Assembly (NCBI GenBank): GCA_950097015.1 | Contig: CATNEN010000001.1 | Coordinates: forward strand, 1,612,001 to 1,676,000 | DNA: 64,000 nucleotides | From: Macrostomum hystrix | Taxonomy: Eukaryota > Animalia > Platyhelminthes | Direction of reading: 5' to 3' | In this document: positions 1-13,557 of the stretch, piece after piece | Layout of the letters: every line of letters starts with the position of its first letter | How positions within the stretch are numbered: the stretch's first letter is position 1 | Notes under the pieces: generated by a model | Database searches by the model: none | Told to the model about the DNA's origin: nothing | What the model saw: the letters and a program-made list of their open reading frames with translations, nothing else | Translations under genes and position numbers: made by a program

Positions 1-876
1 AAATGAGAATCGACGATAAGTGAGAATCGACTGTAAATGGGAATCGACTATAAATGAAAATTGACGATAAATTGAGAATCGACGATAAGTGAGAATCGAC
101 GATAAATGAGAATCGACGATAAGTGAGAATCGACGATAAATGAGAATCGACGATAAGTGAGAATCGACTGTAAATGGGAATCGACTATAAATGAGAATCG
201 ACTGTAAATGGGAATCGACTATAAATGAGAATCGACGATAAATGAGAATCGACGATAAGTGAGAATCGACGATAAATGAGAATCGACTGTAAATGAGAAT
301 CGACTATAAATGAGAATCGACGATAAATTGAGAATTGACGATAAGTGAGAATCGACGATAAATGAGATCGACTATAAATGAGAATCGACTATCAATGAAA
401 ATTGACGATAAATTGAGAATCGACGATAAGTGAGAATCGACGATAAATGAGAATCGACGATAAATTGAGAATTGACGATAAGTGAGAATCGACGATAAAT
501 GAGATCGACTATAAATGAGAATCGACTATAAATGAAAATTGACGATAAATTGAGAATCGACGATAAGTGAGAATCAACTATAAATGAAAATTGACGATAA
601 ATTGAGAATCGACGATAAATTGAGAATCGACGATTAATGAGAATAGACGATAAATGAGAATGGACGATAAGTGAGAATCGACTATAAATGAAAATTGACG
701 ATAAATTGAGAATCGACGATAAATTGAGAATCGACGATTAATGAGAATAGACGATAAATGAGAATGGACGATAAGTGAGAATCGACTGTAAATGGGAATC
801 GACTATAAATGAGAATCGACGATAAATGAGAATCGAATATAATTGAGAATCGACGATGAGTGAGAATCGACGATAA
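1..876. repeat. Minisatellite, ~18-20 bp unit (AAATGAGAATCGACGAT-like), truncated by window start
   Basis: Directly visible tandem units with variants (gacgat/gactat/gactgt). Confidence 0.95.
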
Positions 877-1544
877 AAGAGAGTCTAAAAAATAGGAAAA
901 GTCTAAACAGGAGTAGAACTGAAATTCCTTTGAAAGCAAGCACAAAATTCTTTGCACAATTATGGCTTCTCTGAATTATGATTTACAGAGCTCGATTCTC
1001 GATAATTTTTACAGCCCGCAAACTATTTCGTAGAAAACAAATTGTGAGAACAACCGGAGGGATAAAGTTCGCTGACGTTCGCTAAAAGAGAAAAGAAGAA
1101 ACCTGCTTCTAATTGTCTAATGCAACATCAACCTGCTGGTTATTGAACAAGCAGTCAAGATTAATTGATTAAAGTTTTTAGTCTGTGTGAAACAAAATTA
1201 CTAGACTAACCTGCTACATTAAGTGCATTTTTGTTAATTACATTATAGGCTTTGCTTGTACAACCATTGCTAATGACGCTAAATGACGCTTAAAGATAAT
1301 TTACTGCAGGTTTGCTTTGAAGATAGTGCCATTAAGCGTTAGTTGTGACCCGGATCACTCACTCGTGTCTGATCAATAATTACAGTGTGTCAACGCTTGC
1401 AGACTTTTAAAGGCAGCACGGAGAGAAAAGCATATTGAGGATAAAAAAGAGCAGAGTAAAGCTAAACAAAGGAAAATGCAGCCAGGAAAAAGTGAGAGCA
1501 AAGGTAGCGATTGGTGAGGAGATAAGAAACAATGAAAGAGGGAG

Positions 1545-1848
1545 GCTGGGGGATCATTCTCAACTGGGGGATCATTGTCAACTGGGGGATCATTTTCAAC
1601 TGGGGGATCATCATCAACTGGGGGATCATCATCAACTGGGGGATCATTGTGAACTGGGGGATCTTTGTCAACTGGGGGATCATTGTCAACTGTGGGATCA
1701 TTGTCAACTAGGGGATCATTATCAAATGGGGGATCATTGTCAACTGGGGGATCGTTGTCAACTGGGGGTTCATTGTCAACTGGGGGTTCATTGTCAACTG
1801 GGGGATCATTGTCAACTGGGGGATCATTGTCAACTGGGGGTTCATTGT
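1545..1848. repeat. 18-bp minisatellite (CAACTGGGGGATCATTGT)
   Basis: Tandem units visible; explains ORFs 1435-1866, 1462-1707 and 1665-1850. Confidence 0.95.
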
Positions 1849-1941
1849 AGCTTTAAAGAGCTGTAAATTCAGCTGCTAAAAAGTATACACTAGACGAATT
1901 TAAAGTATTTCTGCTCCCCGAAGGGGGGCAAAACTTGCTAG

Positions 1942-2258
1942 TTTGGTGACACTAGACCCGCAGCCAGCGAGGAGGCAATTCTGCCCATTTCGCTGACTCC
2001 TGAGCACACACGCACACAGATACTGTACGCAGGCACACGCTCACACAGGTGTGTACATCCACTCTGACTTTCTCATCGTCAGGCAGTGTACACTTCCACT
2101 GTGCCTTGGAGGTTGGCCCGCAAGGGCGTAAATTGCACGACAAGCCCTCAAGCCTTCTCTCCGCGGCTGCGCCCCAAAATAAATTTAGCCTCGAAGCGGA
2201 ATCGAACTTAGGGACCTTGGCGCGAGAGGCAAACGCGTTAACCGCTCTGCCACCGACC
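1942..2258 (-). mobile_element. tRNA-derived SINE, family A (apparently full length)
   Basis: Minus strand begins GGTCGGTGGCAGAGCGGTTAACGCG...AAGTTCGATTCCGC (Pol III A- and B-box-like). The body matches the copy at 18200-18484; 5' heads recur at ~26865 and ~35129. Confidence 0.8.
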
Positions 2259-2263
2259 TCCCG

Positions 2264-2962
2264 AGTGGAGAGAGATGGGGGGAGAGGAGAGGAATGTGGG
2301 AGAGAGAAAAGAGAATGGGGAGAGGAGGGAAGATAACGGAGAGGAACAAGAGAGAAGGGAAAGCGGAGAGAGATTAGGAGCGGAGATAAGGAATAGGGGA
2401 GAGAGATAGGAAGAGGGGGGAGAGAGAAGGTAGAGGGGAGAGAGATAGGGAAGAGGGGGGAGAGAGATAGGAAGAGGAGGAGATAAGGAAGAGGGGAGAG
2501 AGAAGGTAGAGGGGAGAGAGATAAGGAAGAGGGGAGAGAGATAGGAAGAGGGGGGAGTGATAAGGAAGAGGGGAGAGAGAAGAGAAGGTAGAGGGGAGAG
2601 AGATAAGGAAGAGGGGAGAGAGATAGGAAGAGGGGGGAGTGATAAGGAAGAGGGGAGAGAGAAGAGAAGGTAGAGGGGAGAGAGATAGGAAGAGGGGGGA
2701 GATATAAGGAAGATGGGGGAGAGATAGGAAGAGGGGGGAGAGAGAAGGTAGAGGGGAGAGGGGAGAGAGATAGGGAAGAGGGGGGAGAGAGATAGGAAGA
2801 GGGGGGAGAGATAATGAAGAGGGGAGAGAGAAGGTAGAGGGAAGAGAGATAAGGAAGAGGGGGGAGATAAGGAAGAGGGGGGAGAGATAAGGAAGAGGGG
2901 GGAGAGATCAGGGTGGGGAGAGGGAGATAGGGAAGAGACGAAGGGGGAGAGTTGATAGGGAT
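2264..2962. repeat. Polypurine low-complexity/degenerate tandem repeat (GAGAGATAGGAAGAGGGG-like)
   Basis: Almost pure A/G tract with recurring ~18-22 bp units. Confidence 0.9.
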
Positions 2963-3437
2963 AAATAAATAAGAGGGGAGGTAATCTAGGGCAGTGATGA
3001 AAAATAAATGCTAAGCATAGTAAGCAGACTAAATTATTTAGTTTCTGAAAGGGTTATAATTAAGCATTGAAACAAGTTTTAGCATATTCGAATACAATAG
3101 CCCTCACTTTAGTCAGTCAAAAACACAGAATAGTAAACACAGCTGTTATATACACGCAAAATTCAGTTTTTTAAAGCAGAGCCGCATGAGAAACTCTAAT
3201 CACCTGTTTTGACTCTAGAAGTAAACGAGAGTCGAGAAAAAGTACAAATTATAATCTAGGCCACCCTGTTGCTGTAGTAAAATTGAATCTGTCTAGCGTG
3301 GTTAGTTGCAATTTTTGTGGGATTGTTACGAGCTACTTCAACATTTTCCACTGATCGGATGGCTCAAAGTTATCGACAGAATCAGAATTCGACAACTTGC
3401 CGTGAGTCACGCATATTTTGCCATCTCGGTTGAATAA

Positions 3438-4115
3438 CAGCTGACGCACTGAAGGGTATTGACTGAGGGAACAACTGAGGCACTGAAGGGTATTGACTGA
3501 AGGAACAGCTGAGGCACTGAAGGGTATTGACTGAGGGAACAACTGAGGCACTGAAGGGTATTGACTGAGGGAACAACTGAGGCATTGAAGGGTATTGACT
3601 GAGGGAACAGCTGAGGCACTAAAGGGTATTGACTGAAGGAACAGCTGAGGCACTGAAGGGTATTGACTGAAGGAACAGCTGAGGCAGAGAAGGGAATGGA
3701 CTGAAGGAACAGCTGAGGCACTGAAGGGAATGGACTGAAGGAACAGCTGAGGCACTGAAGGTTATTGACTGAAGGAACAGCTGAGGCACTGAAGGGAATG
3801 GACTGAAGGAATAGCTGAGGCACTGAAGGGTATTGACTGAAGGAACAGCTGAGGCACTGAAGGGAATGGACTGAAGGAACAGCTGAGGCACTGAAGGGTT
3901 TTGACTGAAGGAACAGCTGAGGCACTGAAGGGAATGGACTGAAGGAACAGCTGAGGCACTGAAGGGTATTGACTGAGGGAACAGCTGAGGCACTGAAGGG
4001 TATTGACTGAAAGAACAGCTGAGGTACTGAAGGGAATTGACTGAAGGAATAGCTGAGGCACTGAAGGGTATTGACTGAAGTAAAATCTGAGGCACTGAAG
4101 GGAATGGACTGAAGG
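3438..4115. repeat. 34-bp minisatellite (GCTGAGGCACTGAAGGGTATTGACTGAAGGAACA)
   Basis: Tandem units visible; source of the periodic minus-strand ORFs 3333-4157. Confidence 0.95.
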
Positions 4116-5614
4116 ATCAATATAAAGTTTAAACGCTAAACAGCTATGTGAGTGCACATGTAGTGCACCTGTCTAGACAAAGCCAATCTCTTAGCAGAAT
4201 TTTATTAGGAAGCAGCACTTATTGATTTAACCTGTCAGGAAAAATGGGGCAGATGTTTCTTCAAAAATAAAATAATTCAATAAAATTTGATAAGCCGAGA
4301 ATGAAAAGATAAGTCTGTTTTATGCAAGTCGGCTTCATAATACCCATAATGAATTGAGAGTCAAATTCTACTCGTGAATCGTATTGCCAGCAGAGGTTAT
4401 AAAATTCAATGCCAATCACTTCAAGCTACGAATATATCTTATTTTGACAGAACTAAATGTGCACGACTTCATTCAGTATAACAAACCCCATAGGAACTCA
4501 CGAAAACTGCTCATCAAATATTATCTCTCGAGTCTCTCGATTTGCAATGCGAATATATATTATATTTATCTTAGGCTATAACAGTATTAGTTGAGTAGGA
4601 GATATTGAACTGAAATACTACTATGATTTTTCGATCGAACGAAATAAGCTAGCTAAAGTACGTTTATATAAAAAATCTTTGCAGCTTTTGAATAATGAAT
4701 AAAGAATAAACTCTATTGATTGTAACAGAAATATTTATTTGTTAGAAACAAACTTTTGATAACGGTGTAATTCAAAGATTTAGAAACTTACGAAAACCCG
4801 GAAATTCGAAAGATTTAGAAACTTACGAAAACCCGGAATTTTTTTATTCGAAAAAACTCTCATTTTAGGGTATTCCTAACAAGTCTATCACAGGTTTCGC
4901 AATCAATATTTACTATGACGTCAATAGTATTTTTTAAGAATTTCATATAGCCCCTCGATCTCGTAAATTTGATGAGTTCAGTTTTACATCAAGCAAGAAA
5001 ATCTAGGCCACGAATATCTTGTCAGCTGCAGCTCTGTTGTAGAAAATTTCTGGAGTATTTAAAAAATCCCAGACGCGCAGAAAATGTCCAGAACCTCATT
5101 ATAAAAAACATATAGATACAAAATCGTATTTTAATCCACAAAAGAAAAAATCTCTGTTTTACTATGTCAAGGAATAGAATGGATTGCTAGTCTAGCCTCT
5201 AACAATAGAAGAGTGAAGAATTAATTGCGAGTCTGCAAATACATACTTTACAAAACAATACGAGACCTGGCAATCGACCAATAATGAATTAGTTTTTAGT
5301 CCGAGGCTCTAATAAGCTAAATTTAATTTTCTGATCATTGTTGCAAGCAATATTCCATTGTAATCTTTCCTGATACTGATGCAATTGAGTCGGAATGGCA
5401 TGGTAATAACTGACTGCAGTCTGAAATTTCATTTTATCTTGAATCAACAATTTGTTTTATTTATAATGCAAAATGAAAAGCAGAATTTTTTGTTTGCGAT
5501 GCAACTGCAGGTGTATCTGCTCAGATTTTTATTAAAAGAGACGACATTCGCCAGTTTAACTTCAGCCTTGGATTTAAATGATTTAGGATTGGGGATAAGA
5601 GAACCAAAACCAAA

Positions 5615-8003
5615 AACTGGGGATTAGAAAGTTTAGGGATCATACAGAACTGGGGATTAGAAAGTTTAGGGATCATACAGAACTGGGGATTAGAAAGTTT
5701 ATGGATCATACAGAACTGGGGATTAGAAAGTTTAGGGATCATACAGAACTGGGGATTAGAAAGTTTAGGGATTCTACAGAACTTGGGATTAGAAAGTTTG
5801 ATGGGATCATACAGAACTGGGGATTAGAAAGTTCAGGGATTCTACAGAACTGGGGATTAGAAAGTTTAGGGATCATACAGAACTGGGGATTAGAAAGTTT
5901 AGGGATTCTACAGAACTTGGGATTAGAAAGTTTGATGGGATCATACAGAACTGGGGATTAGAAAGTTCAGGGATTCTACAGAACTGGGGATTAGAAAGTT
6001 TGAAGGGATTCTACAGAACTGGGGATTAGAAAGTTTGAAGGGATTCTACAGAACTGGGGATTAGAAAGTTTGAAGGGATTCTACAGAACTGGGGATTAGA
6101 AAGTTTAGGGATTATACAGAACTGGGGGTTAGAAAGTTTAGGGATTATACAGAACTGGGGGTTAGAAAGTTTAGGGATTATACAGAACTGGGGGTTAGAA
6201 AGTTTGAAGGGATTCTACAGAACTGGGGATTAGAAAGTTCAGGGATTATACAGAACTAGGGATTAGAAAGTTTGAAGGGATTATACAGAACTGGGGATTA
6301 GAAAGTTCAGGGATCATACAGAACTGGGGGTTAGAAAGTTTAGGGATTATACAGAACTGGGGATTAGAAAGTTCAGGGATTATACAGAACTGGGGATTAG
6401 AAAGTTTGAAGGGATTCTACAGAACTGGGGATTAGAAAGTTCAGGGATTATACAGAACTAGGGATTAGAAAGTTTGAAGGGATTATACAGAACTGGGGAT
6501 TAGAAAGTTCAGGGATCATACAGAACTGGGGGTTAGAAAATTTAGGGATTCTACAGAACTGGGGATTAGAAAGTTTGAAGGGATTCTACAGAACTGGGGA
6601 TTAGAAAGTTTAGGGATTCTACAGAACTTGGGGATTAGAAAGTTTGAAGGGATTCTACAGAACTGGGGATTAGAAAGATTTGGGATTGTACAGAACTGGG
6701 GATTAGAAAGTTCAGGGATTCTAAAAAACAGGGGATTAGAAAGTTTGGGGATTCTACAGAACTGGGGATTAGAAAGATTTGGGATTATACAGAACTGGGG
6801 ATTAGAAAGATTTGGGATCATACAGAACTGGGGATTATAAAGTTTAGGGATCATACAGAACTGGGGATTATAAAGTTTAGGGATCATACAGAACTGGGGA
6901 TTATAAAGTTTAGGGATCATACAGAACTGGGGATTAGAAAGTTTATGGATCATACAGAACTGGGGATTAGAAAGTTTAGGGATCATACAGAACTGGGGAT
7001 TAGAAAGTTTGAAGGGATTCTACAGAACTGGGGATTAGAAAGTTTAGGGATCATACAGAACTGGGGATTAGAAAGTTTAGGGATCATGCAGAACTGGGGA
7101 TTAGAAAGTTTAGGGATCATACAGAACTGGGGATTATAAAGTTTAGGGATCATACAGAACTGGGGATTATAAAGTTTAGGGATCATACAGAACTGGGGAT
7201 TAGAAAGTTTAGGGATCATGCAGAACTGGGGATTAGAAAGTTTAGGGATCATGCAGAACTGGGGATTAGAAAGTTTAGGGATCATGCAGAACTGGGGATT
7301 ATAAAGTTTAGGGATCATACAGAACTGGGGATTAGAAAGTTTAGGGATCATACAGAACTGGGGATTATAAAGTTTAGGGATCATACAGAACTGGGGATTA
7401 GAAAGTTTAGGGATCATACAGAACTGGGGATTAGAAAGTTTAGGGATCATGCAGAACTGGGGATTAGAAAGTTTAGGGATCATACAGAACTGGGGATTAT
7501 AAAGTTTAGGGATCATACAGAACTGGGGATTATAAAGTTTAGGGATCATACAGAACTGGGGATTATAAAGTTTAGGGATCATACAGAACTGGGGGTTAGA
7601 AAGTTTAGGGATCATACAGAACTGGGGATTAGAAAGTTTAGGGATTATACAGAACTGGGGATTAGAAAGATTTGGGATTATACAGAACTGGGGATTAGAA
7701 AGTTTAGGGATCATACAGAACTGGGGATTAGAAAGATTTGGGATCATACAGAACTTGGGATTAGAAAGTTTAGGGATCATACAGAACTGGGGATTAGAAA
7801 GATTAGGGATCATACAGAACTGGGGATTAGAAAGATTAGGGATCATACAGAACTTGGGATTAGAAAGTTTAGGGATCATACTGAACTGGGGATTAGAAAG
7901 TTTAGGGATCATACAGAACTGGGGATTAGAAAGTTTAGGGATTATACAGAGCTTGGGATTAGAAAGTTTAGGGATCATACAGAACTGGGGATTAGAAAGT
8001 TTG
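5615..8003. repeat. 33/34-bp minisatellite (CAGAACTGGGGATTAGAAAGTTTAGGGATCATA), ~2.4 kb
   Basis: Tandem units visible; source of the MIPKLSNPQFC repeat ORFs. Confidence 0.97.
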
Positions 8004-8390
8004 AAAAACTAAAGTTTTTGTAAAACAAACTCAAGTCAATGTATGAATAAAACAACTGGCTGGGATAACACAGTCTCTGAGAAACCGGTCCAAATTTTGG
8101 CAATAGGATAAAATTTAGTTATCAAAATTTATTTCGACATCATCTGAGGCAAAGGTTAATTTTCTGTGTAAAAAAATTCTTAAATTACTTGGCTGATAAC
8201 ATTAAAAGAAATTTGAGCAAGTCGAGAGGAAAAAGCAGATTACTACAAATAAAGCGCGATTTTTCACAGAGACAAAGAAAATTGTAGCTAAACAACAGAT
8301 AATTTTATTTATAACAGCAACTCAATAAGAAAAACTGAACGCAAGAAACTGTAAGATTTTATTTCTTCTATTTTAATTAAATTTCTATTT

Positions 8391-8678
8391 GGCAGGTTGT
8401 AGCCTTGTGGTTAGAGCGTCGGACTGACGAATTGAAGGTCGGGGGTTCGATTCCCGACTCCATTGGAACAATTTGTGTACTTTAGAAAGACAATTAACTC
8501 TACAGTTCACCCAGCTGTTAAATGAGTACCAGCATTAGATGGGCTTATAGAGCGTGGGTGTGGCGGCCCCACAGTCCATGGACTGAACATCTGTACGCAG
8601 CCTTCAGATGCGCTGCACAATAACTGCGGCAGTGCTGTCGGCTACACGTCTGTCCCATTTGGGGCTGGTGTAATAAAT
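8391..8678 (+). mobile_element. tRNA-derived SINE, family B
   Basis: Head GGCAGGTTGTAGCCTTGTGGTTAGAGCGTCGGACT...GGTTCGATTCCC (A/B boxes), central CACCCAGCTGTTAAATGAGTACC, palindrome CAGTCCATGGACTG and short TAA/A-rich tail. Homologous copies at ~29151 and ~58125. Confidence 0.8.
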
Positions 8679-9769
8679 ACACTTGTAATTTTTATTATTG
8701 ATTAAAAGACACTAGCAACAATGCGAATAGCAAAAAACAGGACTAAATATGGAAACACGCTGCACTACAATTCTTTTCATACATGTATTGGCGCACAAAT
8801 AATTTGCTACTTTTTTAATAAAGTTGTTTACTACAATAACAATACGTTCGTTCGACAGAAAAGAACGTATTACATAGTTAAATCTTAGACTTCTGATTCT
8901 AAGATTCTGCACTTTTCGATACATATCGGAAGGGTGAAAACCTGCCCAGGAATCGCTTTTTGTTATATAACATAAATAACTCAAGAGAGCACTCAAAATA
9001 TTCGATACTGTAAACGATTTTGCATCACAAATACAATATATAACAACAAAAATAGTCGAAAAGGCAGCAATAAATACGGTATCAAATAACAAAAATGAAT
9101 ACCTCAGATTTGGCATTTTTCGACACATATCGGATCAAATCAAATTCTGCTAAAAGAAAATTCAAGTTCTTGCTACAAATCGATTCAGCTTAAAATCGGA
9201 ATAAATAATCATTACTTTATATCCTACTTTCTCGGGACATCGGATTGGGTTGTATTTACATTAACACATGAGTTTTTCGACACATATCGTCGTATAAAAA
9301 TACTTCAGATTTGACCTATTTCTGAATACAAATTCGGCCAAAATCTGGTCTTGGATATAAAAAATCGAATTATATCAGTTTATATTCAAAGAAACGCATA
9401 CCATTTTTCGATACATATCGGATCATTGTTAAGGTATATCTCCCGTTTTTTCAAAACATATCGCCGTATCTAGAAAGAATGATACTAAAGAGGCAGTTTT
9501 TTTCTATACCAAATTTAATATTAAGAACAAGTCCGAGCCATATTAAATCATGTGTAAATCCACTGCAAATGTTTTTTCGATACATATCGGATTGAGTTAG
9601 GATATAATTTTAGAGTTTTTCGAAGTAAATCAGATAAAGTCTAAGTCTCCGCATTTGATCCTAATATATTCTAAATATACTAGTCTACTAGTCAATTACC
9701 CGCGATGTTCCCATTTCGAGCCGTTAAATTTCTCCTCCCAATCAAACCGTAATCCCAAGCCTGTCAATG

Positions 9770-12700
9770 TCAGACGGTGACGCTAGCGCCAGGATTTACA
9801 GTGACGAAGCAGTTTTTAGATAGGCCGGCGTTCATCAGCGCCGCGTCTAGATCGTCTGGCGGCTGCAGCAGAGCCTGCGATAGGAGGTTATCAGGGGTTG
9901 GGGGTGCGAAATATGCAGCTTTAAATAATCCCTCCTAGCTGCCACCGAAATTGTTGACTTGGGGAGGGGAGACCTCTGCGATTAGAGACTAATAATGCAG
10001 TCGTGCCAAATGTCAGACTGGGGTTTATAGAAGTAAATAATGCCAGACGTGACAGGACAGGTAAATTTCCGATGCGGCTGAGTGAATGATGCTTTCTGAG
10101 AACTGATTGTGTCTATACATTGGTGTGCCTGCTTTCTTACTCGTCTGCTTTGCCAACTCTCTCCTTTACATCCCACTCTACTTCTCTCCTTTACATCCCA
10201 CTCTACTTCTCTCCTTTACATCCCACTCTACTTCTCTCCTTTACATCCCACTCTACTTCTCTCCTTTACATCCCACTCTACTTCTCTCCTTTACATCCCA
10301 CTCTACTTCTCTCCTTTACATCCCACTCTACTTCTCTCCTTTACATCCCACTCTACTTCTCTCCTTTACATCCCACTCTACTTCTCTCCTTTACATCCCA
10401 CTCTACTTCTCTCCTTTACATCCCACTCTACTTCTCTCCTTTACATCCCACTCTACTTCTCTCCCTCTCATCCCACTCTACTTCTCTCCTTTACATCCCA
10501 CTCTACTTCTCTCCTTTACATCCCACTCTACTTCTCTCCCTCTCATCCCACTCTACTTCTCTCCTTTACATCCCACTCTACTTCTCTCCTTTACATCCCA
10601 CTCTACTTCTCTCCTTTACATCCCACTCTACTTCTCTCCTTTACATCCCACTCTACTTCTCTCCTTTACATCCCACTCTACTTCTCTCCTTTACATCCCA
10701 CTCTACTTCTCTCCTTTACATCCCACTCTACTTCTCTCCTTTACATCCCACTCTACTTCTCTCCCTCACATCCCACTCTACTTCTCTCCTTTACATCCCA
10801 CTCTACTTCTCTCCTTTACATCCCACTCTACTTCTCTCCTTTACATCCCACTCTACTTCTCTCCCTCACATCCCACTCTACTTCTCTCCTTTACATCCCA
10901 CTCTACTTCTCTCCTTTACATCCCACTCTACTTCTCTCCTTTACATCCCACTCTACTTCTCTCCCTCACATCCCACTCTACTTCTCTCCTTTACATCCCA
11001 CTCTACTTCTCTCCTTTACATCCCACTCTACTTCTCTCCCTCACATCCCAATCTACTTCTCTCCCTCACATCCCAATCTACTTCTCTCCCTCACATCTCA
11101 ATCTACTTCTCTCCCTCTCATCCCACTCTACTTTTCTCCCACTCATCCCACTCCACTTCTAACCATTTCAACTGCTCAGCTTCTTACCCCTCACCTGATA
11201 CTTTCTCATAACCTATTCAACACAAACGTGACTAAAATTTGTATAAAAGTTAACAGCGGGGGTAACTAAAGCTAGGAATCAGACATGCGGATGACTCGTC
11301 ATCTACTTAGCTGTCCAATCTGTCCGGCTTCCTGGCTTTCGTCACAAATTTCACAGTCAGATTCCAGAAAAACTTGGGAATGAGAAAAAATTAAGATCAA
11401 TTCCAAAAATCTAAAGTTTTCAAAAGTTTTCCCATCGCGAGAAGCCAGAATCTGTACGCGTCTTCAAAGAAATTGTGGGATTAAAAAACAGAGTTCCCAT
11501 AATTAGTTGTCGCCAATATCGGCAGAAAAAATCTACTGAAGGATTAACCGTCCCGTGTTGATTGACCATCAAAGACAGCTAATAGTGACGCAGCAAGCTA
11601 GAAAGTTAATCTCCCAGATAAGCCTGGCTCAATCAGCGATTGATTAATCAATTTAACCACCTGAAACTATTGAACTGATGCAAAAACTTTCATTAAGTAT
11701 TTGCCTGGCTTTTGCAGGTCTTCGCTCACTGAAAATTTACCTTTCAGTGATTTTTGAATAGTAAATATAAACTAACACAGTAATTATTCACTGTCACAGC
11801 TTGTGACAGCCATTAACAGCCACATCTACTGGCCGGTCACTAAGGCAAACAATGCTCCACTTACCTCCGTTGTAGACAGGCAAAATGTGCCCCAGTGAAT
11901 GCCAACAGATTTTTCACTTTTGATATCCTGGTGAATCTTAACCGTTTCAATTGGCGATACGTGCTGCGCTTGGAAGATGTCTCTGTTAAATAATAATAAT
12001 AAATAGTTATATTCAAACTACACTACTGAAAAAAGTGACAAGTAGTATTCAAAGAAAAAAAATATTTATAACAATAAATAAAACATTTCCGTTACCTCGG
12101 CTGATAGGCTCCGATAGGCAGAGCGGCTAGTTTGATTGGGCCATAGACAGTGCCGATTTGTTTAAACACAGTATCATTATAGCCTGTGTCCCCTCCGAAA
12201 AAGACTCTCGTATTATTTAGTTTCAATACGTAGCTGCCCCACAAGCTGCGATTCTTATCCCACAGATAGCGCCCGCTCCAGTGACTGCTCGGAGTAAATA
12301 TGATCTCCAATTTTGAGCTGGCCAGAAATACTGAGTCCCACCAGGACAGCTCGTGAACCTGCAAACAATTGGCAATAGCATTGTAAACAATAGCTCAGAC
12401 TGTGAAGGAAGGAGATGGGAGGGAAGGGGGAGATAAGCGTGGAAGGGAGAAATGAAAGGCGAAAGGGCGAGATGAGAGGGAATGGAGTTTATAGATTAAA
12501 GGTGAGACTGGAGGTGAAGGGTGAGACTGGAGGTGAAGGGTGAGACTGGAGGTGAGGGGTGAGACTGGAGGTGAAATATGAGACTGGAGGTGAAGGGTGA
12601 GACTGGAGGTGAAGGGTGAAACTGGAGGTGAAGGGTGAGACTGGAGGTGAAGGGTGAGACTGGATGTGAAGGATGAGACTGGAGTTAAAAGACGAGAGAC

Positions 12701-13557
12701 TGGAGTTAAAAGAAGAGAGACTGGAGTTAAAAGATCAGAGACTGGAGTGAAGGGTGAGACTGGAGGTGAACGATGAGACTGGAAGGTGAGAGATGAGACT
12801 GGAGGTAAGAGATGAGACTGGAAGGTGAGAGATGAGACTGGAAGGTGAGAGATGAGACTGGAAGGTGAGAGATGAGACTGGAAGGTGAGAGATGAGACTG
12901 GAGGTAAGAGATGAGACTGGAAGGTGAGAGATGAGACTGGGGGTGAAAGGTGAGAGTGATCAGCCTCACCAGGTAGGCAGGCACACCGCAGTGTCGGATT
13001 ATCCACCAGGCGTCGCCCGTAGGTACAAAGAATTCCAAATTCGGCTGGAGTTCGTGCAGTCTTCTCAAAGTCTGCCGGTCCATATGATCGAAGTGATTGT
13101 GGCTGATGCAGACTGCGGTGAGGCGTGGCAGCTGCTCGGCTGCGCATGGCGCTGGTCGGTGACGCCTCGGGCCGAGCCAAGACAGGGGCGAAGCGCGACT
13201 GCTGAGCACTGGGTCGCAAAGCACTCTGACCTGATTGGGAAATGTGAAGAGACAACTGGCATGTCCCAGCCAGGTGAGCGAGACTGACGAATCTTCGATT
13301 GGCGAAGAGAAAATCGGTCGAGTCACAGGGAGGCGCTGGTCAAGTTCAGTTGGGTCTGGCACGGGTGGTCGGTGGCGATGTCTCGGACCCAGCAGGTAGA
13401 GCAGGTAGGATAGCACATTGGGCAGCTTAAAGTCCCACGGATTGCTAAAGCGAGAGATCAGGTTCCAGCCGAACAATGTCAATTTCCAGATCTTCGGACG
13501 AATAAGATGATCTAGTGGCTTTGTGTCATTTTCATTGTCAGACTGCGAGGATGGCAT
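9770..13557 (-). CDS. NAPEPLD: N-acyl-phosphatidylethanolamine phospholipase D (metallo-beta-lactamase fold). Exons 13557-12970, 12358-12096, 11982-11865, 9874-9770
   Basis: Motifs TWLGHAS, DPVLSSRASP, ISHNHFDHMD (HxHxDH), HWSGR, LWGSY, FFGGDTGY, LPIGAYQPR and IHWGTF. GT-AG introns have consistent phases; last exon ALLQPPDDL...TV*. The start Met is the most likely candidate, not proven. Confidence 0.93.
10157..11155. repeat. 25-bp pyrimidine-rich minisatellite (CTCTCCTTTACATCCCACTCTACTT) in NAPEPLD intron 3
   Basis: Near-perfect tandem units; explains three overlapping ~350-390 aa ORFs. Confidence 0.97.
12500..12955. repeat. 19-22 bp minisatellite (GAGACTGGAGGTGAAGGGT / GAGACTGGAAGGTGAGAGAT) in NAPEPLD intron 1
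   Basis: Tandem units start just inside the splice donor at 12969. Confidence 0.9.

Noticed and set aside
5615-8003. Telomere or interstitial telomeric array
   Set aside because: Only one TTAGGG per 33-bp unit, never tandem.
8391-8465. Functional tRNA gene (also the heads at ~2185-2258 and ~18200-18270)
   Set aside because: Cloverleaf stems are imperfect and each continues into a shared dispersed-repeat body, so these are SINE heads.
8905-9635. CRISPR array
   Set aside because: Eukaryotic context, degenerate repeats, irregular long spacers and no cas genes; kept only as a motif-array finding.
10107-11269. Three overlapping 350-390 aa ORFs (likewise 52454-53561, 3333-4157, 6516-7978, 41185-42062, 49972-50505)
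   Set aside because: All are translations of intronic or intergenic minisatellites and low-complexity tracts.
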